Assembly: GCF_009914755.1 (NCBI RefSeq)
Contig: NC_060930.1
Source of the DNA: the human T2T-CHM13v2.0 reference genome, Homo sapiens
Strand: one strand, 5' to 3'
DNA: 64,000 nt
Below the pieces are notes generated by a model that was not told the DNA's origin, searched no databases, and saw only the letters and a list, made by a program, of their open reading frames with translations. Shown here piece after piece: positions 27,412 through 40,261 of the stretch. Position 1 is the stretch's first letter. Each line of letters begins with the position of its first letter. The position numbers and the translations under genes were made by a program.

Positions 27412-27685
27412 ATTTTTCTTGCTCTGTCACATAAGCTGGAGTGCGGTGGTATGATCCTAGCTCACTGCAGCCTCAAACTTCTGGGCTCAAGTGATCCTAC
27501 CACCTCAGCCTCCCACGTGGCTGGGACTATAGGTGTGTGCCACCACGCCTAGCTTATTTTCGTATTGTTTGTAAAGATGGGGTCTCACTTTGTTGCCCAG
27601 GCTGGTCTTGAACTCCTGGCTTCAAGTAATCCTCCCACCTCCATCTCCCAAAATGCTAGTACAGATGTGAGCCACCACACCCAGC
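27412..27685 (-). mobile_element. Alu (AluJ-like), antisense
   Basis: 'gctcactgcagcctcaaacttctgggctcaagtgatcc...gagccaccacacccagc'. Confidence 0.93.
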
Positions 27686-28299
27686 AATTTTTGCGGTTTT
27701 CTAACGAAACCTGGAAATAAACCTAGAAATAAAACCCAAAAAGTATAAGATGCTTTCCTCTGGCTTTTGAAATTATTTCTCCATACTATTATAATGTGGA
27801 GAGGAATCAAAAGTAATGCAAAATTAATGTAGAATTAATATTTTATCAGAAAACTTTTATTTCCTTCAATATGTGCTTTGAAATGTGTACTTGCTTTAAT
27901 GTTACTGTTAATGTTCCTATGTTCATGAATTCTATAAATTAGAAGTACAAGTTAGAGTTTGGCTGACTTAAGACAACCACTTCTCCAAAAATACCCAAGG
28001 TAGCCACACAGTATCAGAAAATGAATGGTTCTAATTCTCATGCACTTTGTCTTATAACCTATACTTTATTTAATGTAAAAAATGCAGAGGAACACCCCCA
28101 ACCAGTGACCATTTTTCAATAGCCTCAGAGTTTTCTCTCTCTTGCATGGTACTCTCAATGTAAGAGAGAGCTCACAGATGCTAGATTGATTTGAGGCTAA
28201 TCCAGTCTAGACAACTTTGATGACTGGATCCTGTATAGTTTCTGCTCCACCTGGGCCTTGATTACTTAAGCTCATTTTATGTAAGGAGAATAGCAGGCC

Positions 28300-28450
28300 T
28301 GTGATCACATCCTGGCTCTGACATTGCCAGGTGACTTCAAGAAAGTTACCTACTATCTTTAGAACTCCATTTCCTCATCTGTAAAATGGGAAAAATAAGA
28401 ACATGTATCAGGGAGCCTGGCATATAGTAGGCACTCAGTAAATGTTAATT
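28300..28450 (+). mobile_element. MIR fragment
   Basis: 'tttcctcatctgtaaaatggg' and 'cctggcatatagtaggcactcagtaaatg'. Confidence 0.75.
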
Positions 28451-29312
28451 CCTTGCTTTTTACTTTTAGAATCTGGTTCACTGATGATCAGAACTTGTTT
28501 TTAAAGCTGATAAAGGCTTTGATGATACCCGATGATCCTCAACAAGGAGGATCTTGCCCCCAGGACAGCTCTGCTCTCACCGAAGGCAGATTTCCCCGCA
28601 ACTGAGCTAGAGAGCTTGTGTCTAATTATCTGTATGTTCCGGTCACCTAGATTTCTAGGTACTTGTCCCAGATTTTCAGTGCATGGCAGTGTCATTTCTT
28701 TCTTTCTTTCTTTTCTCCTTTGAGAGCTGAAGCCAAAAGTAAAGTGAATAAACTTGAGCAACTAGAAAGTTCGGATGACTGGCACAAGGGGACATATACA
28801 ATTTACACATTTAAATTCCTATTGGTAGGAAAAGAAAAGTAGTTTGGTAGAAATATTTTTCTAAATCCAAAAAAATAGGGTATTTCCTGGAAAAGGGCTG
28901 TTATATATAGTTAGCACAGTGACACATTTGATTAGCTTAGCTCTCTTGGACAATGTGATGGAAACATGGCTTTATCCAACATGAATATTTTAAGACAGTA
29001 AAACCTAAACAGTAAATTCTAAGGTATAGGGTTTGGAAGGGGAGAGCGCTGTGAATAACATAGCTCTGAGAAGGAAAAAAAATCTCAGGGAGAGAGTGTA
29101 AGAGAGGTGGTGGCTGTCTACCAAAAAAGTTTGTTCCAGATGAAATATACTACTCCCTGGAATTACACTCCTGGTCAGATTTTCAGATGCCTCTGGGATG
29201 GTGACAAATCCAGGCCACAAAATTAAAATGGTTATTGATTGTATGTGAATGTATGTTCCACAAAATATTTTCTACTCTCTTCAGCTGGCCTGTCAGCTTA
29301 AAGAAGACTTCT

Positions 29313-29314
<2 letters not shown>

Positions 29315-29360
<46 letters not shown>
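29315..29360 (+). repeat. (TG)~23 microsatellite
   Basis: Direct reading. Confidence 0.97.
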
Positions 29361-29361
<1 letters not shown>

Positions 29362-29845
29362 CTGAAGTTTGTCCTTTTAAAGATCCTTCCCTGTTAACAC
29401 TTCAGTTTTACTCACTGGAGATGAATTTATATATGTCACTTTTAGAAACATGGGAGAATTGCCAATTAGAAGCAGAGGAAGGGAGAGTGGGGAAATGTTC
29501 TCTTTCCTAGAATCACCTACCAGTTGCCTCAGGTTTAGCCTCTGACAGCTGGGCCACTTGAGGAGAGCTCTTTGCCTGTGATAGCCAGAGGGGAGCATTA
29601 ATGAGGATCTGAAGACTGGCAGAGGAGTCTCTTTTGGGCACAGACCATTAGAAAGAGGGATGAGGTCACCTCATTATGCTCTGCTGGGATTGGAGAAGTT
29701 TTTTAAAAATAAACTTTTTAAAATAAACCATCAGCTTCCCTTGAAAACAAACCATCAGCTTCCCTTGAAAACACTGACCTGACTCTTGTAGATTTTTGCA
29801 CTCTCATACATAACATATGTTGTTTTATATATTTTGAAAGAAGTA

Positions 29846-29942
29846 CAGATGCTCCTGGACTTATGATGGTGTTACATCCCTATAAACCCATCATAAGTTG
29901 AAAATACTGTAAGTCAAACCATCCTAAGTTAGGGACTGTCTG
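29846..29942. mobile_element. 97-bp Tigger-derived MITE (MER47C-like)
   Basis: cagatgctcctggacttatgatgg...ccatcctaagttagggactgtctg; imperfect TIRs and a TA dinucleotide on both sides (29844-45, 29943-44). Confidence 0.8.
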
Positions 29943-31649
29943 TATATGCTCGAGAGAGGAAATTTGGAAACCACAGAGAATTTGGGCCATGGAGTTGTGA
30001 AGATTCAGTTATCCCATTCAAAGATAACCATTGTTAACATTTTATTCTTATAGATTCTAATTTTCTCCATCCAGAAATTTTTATGCCTAATACTATGATA
30101 TGTAGATGTGTAATCAGGAAACAAATTTTTACATGAACATGTATGTCATCTAAAGCAAGCATGGTATAAAGGGAATGTAGAAGGACTCCTGTCCTTCCCA
30201 TGATACCACCCAGGTCAGGGAAGACTTCCATTCCCTTCTAAAAGCTGAGATGATGGGAAAAAACTGTCTCTCTCTCTCTCTCTCTCTGTCTCTCTCCATC
30301 TTTCCATTCCCTACTTGCTCCACCCCAAAGAGGAAATAGCTAAAGTTAATATCCAGTAGGAGACTTTACCACTTGGTGGAGTTGTGATGCTTTAAAAGAA
30401 AACTAAAAGTTTTGAGGAAAAAAAAACTACAGTGCTTCATTTCTGCCTGCTCTATGTCCCTTGCTGGAAAGACCCCTGAAATACAGAGTCCAAGACCTGA
30501 AGACCATTTCCCCCAGGATATCTGGCTAAGAAAGTTTAGGCTAAGTTAAATTGGAGTGGGAGATGGGAGGCAACACTGCCTTCTCCAATCCAGGTCTAAA
30601 ATTAATACAGCTGTTTGATCTCCATTGGTTCTTGGGGTCTTTTAGGTGAACCATGTAGAATACAACCAATTTGACCTACAAATGTGGCAGTTTCAAATGA
30701 ATCAAGCTATTATTTTCTGCCAGTTAAATCCAAGAAGAGAGGAAAACTAGGTGATTGGGACCACAGCATCCAACATTAAAGAAGAAAACAGAACATGTAG
30801 TATTTTAGACACAAAAGACAGCCTCTAAATAGACATTTTATTAGAATGAAAACATAGTACTATACTCAGCTTTTCTGAAGGTAGTTAAAAGCCATAAGTT
30901 GAAGATAAAGAACAAGCATTGCCGAGTTGTTAGGTTTGTAAGTAGAAAATGGAAATGCTATGGAGATTTCCTGAAATCACTGTTCTTAATTTGCAGAGCA
31001 GTTTTCCAATCTTAGTTACCTAGATTTCCTTGTCATTTTCATCCATGTTGCAGAGCATATAAGTCAGAAAACATAAAATACCATAATGTACTAACTTTAT
31101 TACACTCTGATTATTTTTTTCATGAGTTAAGGTAATTATTTGAACAGGTAAAACTGAAGTTACAGATTTGATCTTTTAGAATAAAGCACTTCCTGCTTTT
31201 ATGGAAAGAAGTAACCTACTGGCCTTTTCCTGCACTTCTGGGCAAAGCTACTCATTCTTTTGAAAGTACAATGAATTTTGTTATTACTTTGGATTATTTT
31301 ATGGAACTTTGCATAATCAACTCAGAAAAGCTAACAGTAGGCTAAAGTCTAACATTTAAGTGCTATGTGACTATCTAATTTTTCTAACGAAAACCCTCTA
31401 TCTTGTTTATCTGACATCAATATCACTGTGCTCTTTTCGAAAAGGGTAATTTTTACCCAACTGATATTTTCCAGCAGTAAATACAAATATCCAAATTCAA
31501 AATTTCATTTGAAACTCCATAAAAGTTTGGAGAAAGATACAGATTTTCCCCCAAAGCCTTCATTTAACATTTGACAATGAGATAATGGATGTAAAAGCTC
31601 TTTGAAATCCCTGGGGATTTTTTAAGATGGGCAGGGATGTTGAAGACTA

Positions 31650-32630
31650 AAAAATATGGCAGTAAATTTCATCTGAAGGGAAAAACAGATGAGAATAGCC
31701 AAGATAATTCTGAAAACAATGAATAATGAAAACCAATTTGCCTTAGAAAACATTAAAAATGCATTGGTAAAGCTACAGCAATTAAAGCAACATGATACTG
31801 TTGGTAGTATGGTATATAACATGACCCTAAAATGGATCTTAATATATATAAAATATACTACAGAGAAAATATTGCAGAGCAACAAGAAAGGGACCGATTA
31901 TTCAACAGATGCAGTGAGAAGGTTGACTGTAATAAGAAACTGAATTAGCTATTAACTTAATTTCATGCAACAAAATATTCTAGATGAATTAAAATTTTAA
32001 ATGTTAAAAAAGGAATCATAAATAACTAAAAGAACACATAGATGACTTACCATAGTTGACTACTTCGCTGATTTGGGGAGAGAGAAGAAGTTTTTTTAAA
32101 ATGAGCTTATAAATAAATATTTAAACCCATAATTTTTTTAAAGCTATAAAAAATTTTCAACAAATACGATAAAGGTCTAATAGCCTTAATAATATATAAA
32201 GATATTTTATATATCAGTAATAATACTAATACTTTAATAGAAAGAAAAAGTTTTGCTTCATCAGTAATCACATAACAAATTTAAAACAATTATAAAAGTT
32301 TATGTTTGATATAAATTGGCAATAAAAAAGATAATGTACAAATTGATAGGAGTACAGTAAGATTGGAACATTCATACTCTGAAATTGAACAAGTAAATAG
32401 CCACTAACTTTGTGGAGAAAATTTTGACAGTATGCATCAAGAGTTTTTAAAAGTGTATACTCTTTAGACCTATCATTTCATGGTTGGGAATTTATCCTAA
32501 GATAATATTCAGAGATATAGGCAGAAGCTCATATTTAAGTGTGTTGTTTGAAGCATCATTTATAATTCAGAAGAACAGGAACAAATAAAATCATCAAAAA
32601 TACAAAAATGATTAAAATAGTACTTTATAA
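31650..32630 (+). mobile_element. Degenerate L1 (L1ME-like) ORF2 3' fragments
   Basis: 'aaattcatctgaagggaaaaacagatgagaatagccaagataattctgaaaa' encodes an ORF2-like RIAKIILK; A-rich. Confidence 0.7.
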
Positions 32631-32639
32631 AAATATTGA

Positions 32640-33505
32640 CAAATACCTCATTTAAAAATGGGCAAATAATTTGAATAGATATTTTTCAAAGAAGATACAA
32701 AAATGGCCAATAAGCATACTAAAAGGGGTTTAATATCATTTGTCACTAGAAAAATGCAAATCAAAATCATAAGGAGATACCACTCCACACCCAGCAGGAT
32801 AGCAAAAATCAAAAAAAAAAAATACAGTAACAAATGTTGATAGGATAAAGAGAAACTAGAACCCTTGTACATTGCTGATGTGATTGCAGAATGGAATGGA
32901 CACTGGAAAAGAGTTTAGCAATTCCTCAAAGTGTTAAACACTGAGTTACTATATGACCTGGCAGGGCCACTTCTCAATATCTACCCAAAGAAATGAAGCC
33001 CACATGTTCCTCATAAAAGCTTGCTTGAAAATGTTCGTTGCAGTATTATTTATAATAACCCAAGAGTGGAAACAACCTAAATGTTCATCAACTGAGCAAT
33101 GTGTAAGTAAAACATGATATATCCATACAGTGCAATATTATTCAGCAGTAAAAAGGAATGAGGTGTGATACATGAACAACATGGATGAACCATGAAAACA
33201 TCATGTTAAATGAAAGAAACCAGTCACAAAGGGTCACATATTGTATGATTTCATTCATATGAAATAGTCAGAATAGGTAAATCCATAGAGACAGAAAGTA
33301 GATTCATGTTTGCCAGGAGCTGTGAGGAGAGAGGAATGTACAGTAACTGCTAGTGGGTATGGAGTTTCTTTTGAGGATGGTGAAAAGGTTCTGAAATTAG
33401 ATAGTAGTGATGGCTGTACAACTTCATGAATACACTAAAAACCACTAATTGCATACTTTAAAAGGGTGAAATTTATAGTATATTTATTATATCTCAACAA
33501 TGTTA
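32640..33505 (+). mobile_element. L1MB-like 3' end (ORF2 C-terminus and 3' UTR)
   Basis: 'aaaaatgggcaaataatttgaatagatatttttcaaagaagatacaaaaatggccaataagcat' ... 'aatacactaaaaaccactaattg'. Confidence 0.88.
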
Positions 33506-35911
33506 AGCTAAATCTAATGATATGATAAAGTATCTATATTACAGGTTTAGGGTTTTTAATTTTTTTTAAAAAAGAAGGCAACTTCTTTTGGGTGTCTTTA
33601 TCCTAAACTGGGAGTCCCTGGAGTGCAGGGACAGTTTTATCTACCTTATCACAAAGCCTGGCTATGCCCATATAAAGCAGTCACACAACAAAAAATTATT
33701 AAATAAATGAATGTAGTGTTTCCTTATGGTGTTATGAATTTCCTGAGGGAAGAAAGAAAGGATATCTTGTTCATCTATATATGCCTTCACTGTCTCCACT
33801 CAAAACCTGGGATTTGGTAAATGCCCAGTAAATGTTAGCTGAATGAAAGAATAAACTTTTCCTGGCTTTATTCTTCCTCTAATTCTGCAGTTCTCATGAC
33901 TTCCTCACTACCATTCCGCTAATTTCATTTAACCTATTTCTTCTACAAAATATGAATTTTATCCCTGTAATATTAGTTGTGTGTATCTACGCCTTTGTCT
34001 GTGAATGTATTTAATTGACTTGTGTCTGTCTCTCTAATGTCTTTGTGATTATAACTGAATTTATAAAACTCTGAAGTTACTCTGTTCACTTGACTGGATG
34101 AGGCCAACTGGCACTTGAATGATGGTGATGATGCAATATTTTTGACCTACACAGATTCCATTGCACAATCACTCTTATAAAGTTATATGGTTGTGATAAA
34201 TGCAATTGTACTACATGACTCTCAAAATTGATGCAAAGTGATTAAACAAAGAAAATAATATAAATTCTGTCCCCATGGCATGTCTTATAACCACACGAAG
34301 CCCAACAGCCTCACCTGTGGTGTGATACCTTAGTATCCAGTCAATATCATACTTGGCCTTGGATTCTCTCCTGAAACATCCAGAGGCCTTCCCTGGTGCT
34401 GACTGATGAAGGAATTCCATTTCATGAGACTTAGGCCATAAAAATATGCTTACTGCAAAATGGCCAACTATCTCCTCTTCTTGGATTTGGGCTGGCTCAA
34501 AATTATTCAGAACAACACTATATACAAATATGCATATATACATATGCATACACAAGCATAATAGTCAACACATTTTCTTTGTAGAAAATTTAAATTAAAG
34601 TGCACAGTGTCAGAGTAACAGAATGCAGGTCAGCAGGATTTAGGGCCCACGTGAACGCACACAGGGGCTGGGGCTTTGGGCTTTGGTAAACGCTCAATAA
34701 ATGTCAGCTGAATGAAGAATAAACTTTTTCTGGCTTTATCTCTCCTTTAATTCTTGAACTCTCATGACTTCCAAGGGGGTTTTGCAGGAAAGAGCCAGAG
34801 AAACAGAGAAGAGAGTGAGGTTCCCTTGGATATTGAAGGGAGGGGGGCTGTAGCAGCTGGCCACCCACTTGGCAGGGGTGAGGCAGAAGCACCGATGACC
34901 CAGAGGACTTCCTCTCTCTGCTTTTCCTAACTCCCTCTATCCCACCCCTCTGGGGCTGGGATGTGCCAGCAGTTGCCCGAAGCCCCTGGTAGCATTGCTA
35001 AGGGGAGACAGCCCCCTAATCCCCATCCCATGTTACTGCTCCACAGCCTGTGCCTCTCCCTGCATCCCAGACTTAGAGTTGTGAACTCTTGTGGACCAAA
35101 GACTTGTAAAATATTCTGTAAAACCGGGATACAATTGGGGAGACACACCAGCTGTAAAGAGGGTTTGCAGCCTGAAGGCAGATCTCACAGACACTCAGAA
35201 AATGTTCCATCTTCATGAGACTGTCCACTACTGGGACAGCTTCATGACCGTGTTTGAGGGGGCTGCGCGCATCATGATGAGCACACTTTCGGAAGTGTGG
35301 GTGTCTAAAGCCAGGTTAAGGGGTCTGCGGAGTGCTGGCAAAGGAAGGGAGCATCCACAGAAGTCCAAAGAGAAGCTCGAGTAGATTTTGGCAGGAAGGA
35401 AGGGATGGGATGCGTGTGTGCAGGAGAGGGCATAACCAAATGTGATTAAAGGCCACAGAGAAAGGCACAGTGATAAGATGGTCAGAGATCAGCTGGAGTG
35501 GAAAAGAAAAAGAGGTAGGGAGAAAGAGGGGAAATTAAATGACGCTTCAATCTTCCTGTACATATACATATTTTTAAAATTTTAGTGCTACTTAATGTTG
35601 ACTGTCTTCTGTTGTCTTAAAAGTAATGTCAGCATGAACCTTTTTTATTTAAATAACTTTTGGAAGCTGCACTTGAACTCCGATCTAGCAGTCCAGACGC
35701 TAGTGTTTTAGCCCCAGTTCTAATACTAATTTGCTTTTCTCTTAGACCATCAGTTCCCTTATTTATAGAGTAGATACAGTCATAACTCCCTTAAAGGGCT
35801 GTTGTGAAGATTTACTTTGTCTACCATAAAAATAACATAATCGTTTTTACAAACTGTAAGTGCAAACTTAATGCAACCAACTGTAAATGTTGTTTAAAAC
35901 TACAGGGTTCA

Positions 35912-36050
35912 AGCTGGGCGCTGTGGCTCAGGCCTGTAATCCCAGCAGTTTGGGAGACTGAGGCAGGAGGATTGCTTGAGCCCAGGAGATTGAGGCGAGC
36001 CTGGGCAATATAATGAGACCCCATCTCTATTTAGAAAATGAATTTAAAAA
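35912..36050 (+). mobile_element. FLAM_C-like Alu monomer
   Basis: Monomer with TSD aaaactaca(g/a)ggttca at 35896-35911 and 36051-36066. Confidence 0.9.
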
Positions 36051-36074
36051 AAAACTACAAGGTTCAAATTGTAA

Positions 36075-36462
<388 letters not shown>

Positions 36463-38419
36463 GTGTCTATAAAATTAGAAAACAGAATCGTAGACACCTC
36501 TGGCATGTGTTGCCTAAGGATTCAAGGCATAAGGAGAATAAAATTCGTTTAAATCCTTAGGGGGAAAAAAGGAATCTATGTAAATCTAAGAGTAATAAAC
36601 ACTTCACTTTTCCATTAAAGTATTTTTAATGTCCTTGGAGATTTTTCAGAGCATAAGATGGTTATAAAATAATATTTGTTTATTTTTTCATATGGATATT
36701 TTATAATTTCTTTTTAGATTCAGAGATGTATGCAAAGAAAGTTAAATCTACTGAAAAGATTAATGGCAATCAGAAGAGGAGTTTTTGTTTGTTTGTTTGT
36801 TTGTTTTCTTTTTTAACAGTTTCAGTTATAATGCTTCTCTTTTCTACTTCTCTAACAACCACTTAGCCAAGGAATTAAGCTACGAGAAAACTGTTGAAAA
36901 ATTATTTTGTCAGTATGTTTTATGTTATGTGACCACGAGGGGAAAGCTGAAGGCAAAAATCACTAAAAAAGAATAGCCTGTTTACTAAGAGCAGCTGCCA
37001 AACAGTTTCTCTTCAACAGTTACAGATGCCATGGTGAGAGCTTCAGCTGTAGCAATTAAATATTCCTGTCATTGACCTTCACTAAAACATTGTCCAAAAA
37101 ATTATTATGACATAACTTCTGCTGATACTAACAATTTGTGTGACCTTGAGCACATCATTTCACCTCTTAGGACTTAGGAAGCCTCAACTATTAAATACAA
37201 GGGTCTTGGTGATTCTAAACTGAGGAGATACTGCCCTCCAGGGGCGTTTGCAAATGTGTAGAATGTTTAACGGTCAAGGCCCAGCAATGCTAACTGCCCT
37301 GCAGAGAGCATGAGACAATCTTGCAAAATCAGTTGTCCCACCCTAAATGCCAGTAGCAACCTTGATTATCTCTAATGTCCCTTCTGACAGTCAGTGATAC
37401 CATATGTCTGACAATTCATTGATTTATTCAGCCACCAATTACTGAGGCCCCATTGTATGATAAGCACCAGGCTTCTCTCCTCAAATGCCCCAGAAACACT
37501 GGCTTGATTGTATCCTTCTTTAAGAAAAATTATGATTATATTCTTCTTTCCCTTCTCTTCTTTCTAAAAGTTTGCACTTACCCACAGGACCACCTGACAC
37601 TTACAAATAAGGATTTTCCAACTCAAACCATTAGAGGAATAGATCTCAGGACTCATCAAGTGCTTTGGCTTTTCTAATGACACTGAGAACCTAAAAGCTC
37701 ACTTCAGCTCTCCTCAAAGATTGGACCATGGCCTAGCTTGCCCTCAATAATTCAGGAATAGAGGCCTTCAGCTCCACTGACTGAGGGCTTCCAGCCAGAT
37801 AATGAAACCCTAATTCTGTAGTGTGCAGCTAAATATTTCAACTTGATTCAATCATTTTTAATTTTTAACACAAAACACCAACTGTTTTATGCCCAGTGAA
37901 CAGTTTTCAATGACAAACTGAAATTTCCTAATACACTGAAATAGCATCTGAGGCTAGCTGTAAAACCTACCTTAGAGCATATTACCACATCATTAACTCA
38001 CATTGCTAATTAACTGCAGTGAGCAACTGTGTGCTGTAGTACAATCCTACCTGCCACCACCTCCTTCCTGTAGCCCCTCCAAGAGTGCTGTGACCTTTGG
38101 GCTCAGCCCCCAGCCATCACAGTGCTACTTAGCATTCACGTGGTCCTTCCTCACCTTATCATCTCAGCAACCTCAGGGATAGCTTACTATTCTGAGTGCT
38201 TGTTTCATTTTGCAGAGGAGAAGACCAGTGCACAGAGAAACATGAGCATCTGTCCAGGTCACAAAAAGCTTTGGGGATAGAGGGGATTCACAATGCTATT
38301 TGCAGTGCCAAGAAGCCACTCTGATGTTCAGGGATGCTTTGCAAATACGCAAACCTTTTCCAGCCTTCAGTGAATCTTGGAGACTCTATTTTGATGTTTC
38401 TGGTCATTAAAAATCTTTG

Positions 38420-38960
38420 TATATATTTGTTCAATAACTCTTATTGAATACTCCTCTTAATCCCTGCAGTGTTCTGATGCCAATAATCCTGTGCTAATTA
38501 AGTACTATTACAATTGGAACTACAGAGGAGAAGTACAGCATTCAACAAAAGCATCAAACAGGACTCGACCTAGCCTGGGGATCTAAGAGGCTTTCCTGAG
38601 GAGGCAAATTATAAGTGCAGGCCTGAAGGATAAAGGAGGAGGAAGTTCAAGCAGTGGAGCTCCTCCAGAAGGAGGAGTGTACATAAGTGAAGGCCCTGGG
38701 GCATGAAGGAGAGGCTTGTTCCATGTAGCAGAGGATGTTAGCTCAGTCTAGGTGGCAGAAGTGGGAGAGGGTGGCATGAGTAGATTTGAGAGATGTTTGG
38801 AAGATTAAATTGGCAGAATTTGGTAATCAATAGGATATAGGCAATGAAAGTGAAGGAGTATTGAGGATCACTGCCCTGTACTGGCAGCTGGGTGGTAGAG
38901 GCCACTTGTTTAGAATTCCAGCAAGGAGATATACTGGATGGTTGGACAAATCATAAGTTC
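38420..38960 (-). mobile_element. L2 fragments
   Basis: 'ttattgaatactcct', 'ggctttcctgaggagg', 'agatttgagagatgtttgg'. Confidence 0.55.
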
Positions 38961-39139
38961 CTCATGTGGTACAAGGAACTTGCAGTTCTATGTGACATCA
39001 CTTTGTCTAAGAAAGACCCTGTCTTGGATAGTGTATCCAGAGGTCTTACCACAGTGTGGTAGAATCTGAATTAGTTCCATGGAGCCCAAAGAGTGTGTTT
39101 GAAAGCAGAGTTATAGACCAGCAATGAGGGCCTCGTGAT

Positions 39140-39335
39140 TTAAGAATTACTTTCATATGTAGTATCTCTGAGGTTCATGCTGATCTTTGGGGAAAGTTGT
39201 TATCTTCATTTTACTAACAGAAATTTGAGGCTCCTGAGCTTGTGATTTGCCCAAGGTCACATAGCTGTAAATGAGAATCTGTACTCAAATTCAGGTCTTC
39301 TGGCTCCTAGCACAGGGGTCTTCTCATTTCACCAC
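39140..39335 (-). mobile_element. MIR fragment
   Basis: 'gatttgcccaaggtcacatagctgtaaatg...ttcaggtcttctggctcc'. Confidence 0.7.
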
Positions 39336-40101
39336 ATTATCTCTCTACATAATTGGGGCAAATTCTCTATCAACTCTTTGGACTTACATGTCAGATGGAA
39401 TCTCACTATTTGTACAAAATATATAAAAAATGAAATCAAATTTTTTTGCTATACTCTATTCAACTTTCTTTAAAAAATTTTTTTTCTAATAGTTCTTTTA
39501 AGTATTTCTACTTTTGAGACTCATATTTGTATTTATATTTAGAGCACTTTTTTATTTTAAGAATGAAATGACAAGAACAGATCAATTTTTACTGGTAGCA
39601 GGAAGACAGCTGTCCAGGAGAAATTAAATTCAACTTTTGTCTAATTTCTAATAATTCATAAAACATTATAAGACCTCTGCACCCTCATCTCCCATTCCCG
39701 GATCTACTCGTAAAATAGGGGGACAATGTAAAAAGGCTGGGTGTACTGTCCCCGAACCAAAGATGTTCCCATGGAGCATGGCCTGGCCCTGAGGAAGACA
39801 GGAGGCAGAGCTGCCCCAGCACCTGGAGGCAGGAGACTCTTCACCACCAGCCTGTCTTATCAATTTGCCTTCTCCCCTTTCCCTTAAAGTTTGGGGGATG
39901 TTTACAATTAAGTAAATAAATAAAGCTAATTTCCATTTATTTCAGAGTCTGTTTTAAGTACATCAAGTCTGGGTCTACACAAAATCTCAGGTTCAGGGGA
40001 AAGGCAGAACCCTTTCTGCAGAACTAAATTACTTTTCCCTACTACATGGAATGCTTCCTCCTGAATCTCCTGTTGTTGTTTACCTTCATCCCTCCCAATA
40101 G

Positions 40102-40261
40102 CTCCTGGACTGTTTTGTGATCCCAGTCGTGATTTTGCTCTCCTGGTTCTTCCTGCTGATCCGGTACAAGGCTGTGCATTTCATCGGCATCGTTGTCTGC
40201 ATCCTGGGAATGGGCTGCATGGTGGGAGCAGATGTGCTTGTGGGAAGACATCAGGGAGCAG
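40102..40261 (+). CDS. SLC35F1: SLC35F1 coding exon (likely exon 4), 160 nt, phase 0->1: LLDCFVIPVVILLSWFFLLIRYKAVHFIGIVVCILGMGCMVGADVLVGRHQGA(G)
   Basis: Acceptor cctcccaatag|CTC, donor CAG|gtgagt. Encodes two hydrophobic TM segments and overlaps ORF-track entry 40117..40305. Confidence 0.97.

Noticed and set aside
31689-31943. ORF resembling L1 ORF2 (RIAKIILK...)
   Set aside because: Short degenerate remnant of an old L1, not an intact gene.
34664-34686. Potential G-quadruplex GGGGCTGGGGCTTTGGGCTTTGG
   Set aside because: The fourth tract has only two Gs, so it is a weak candidate.
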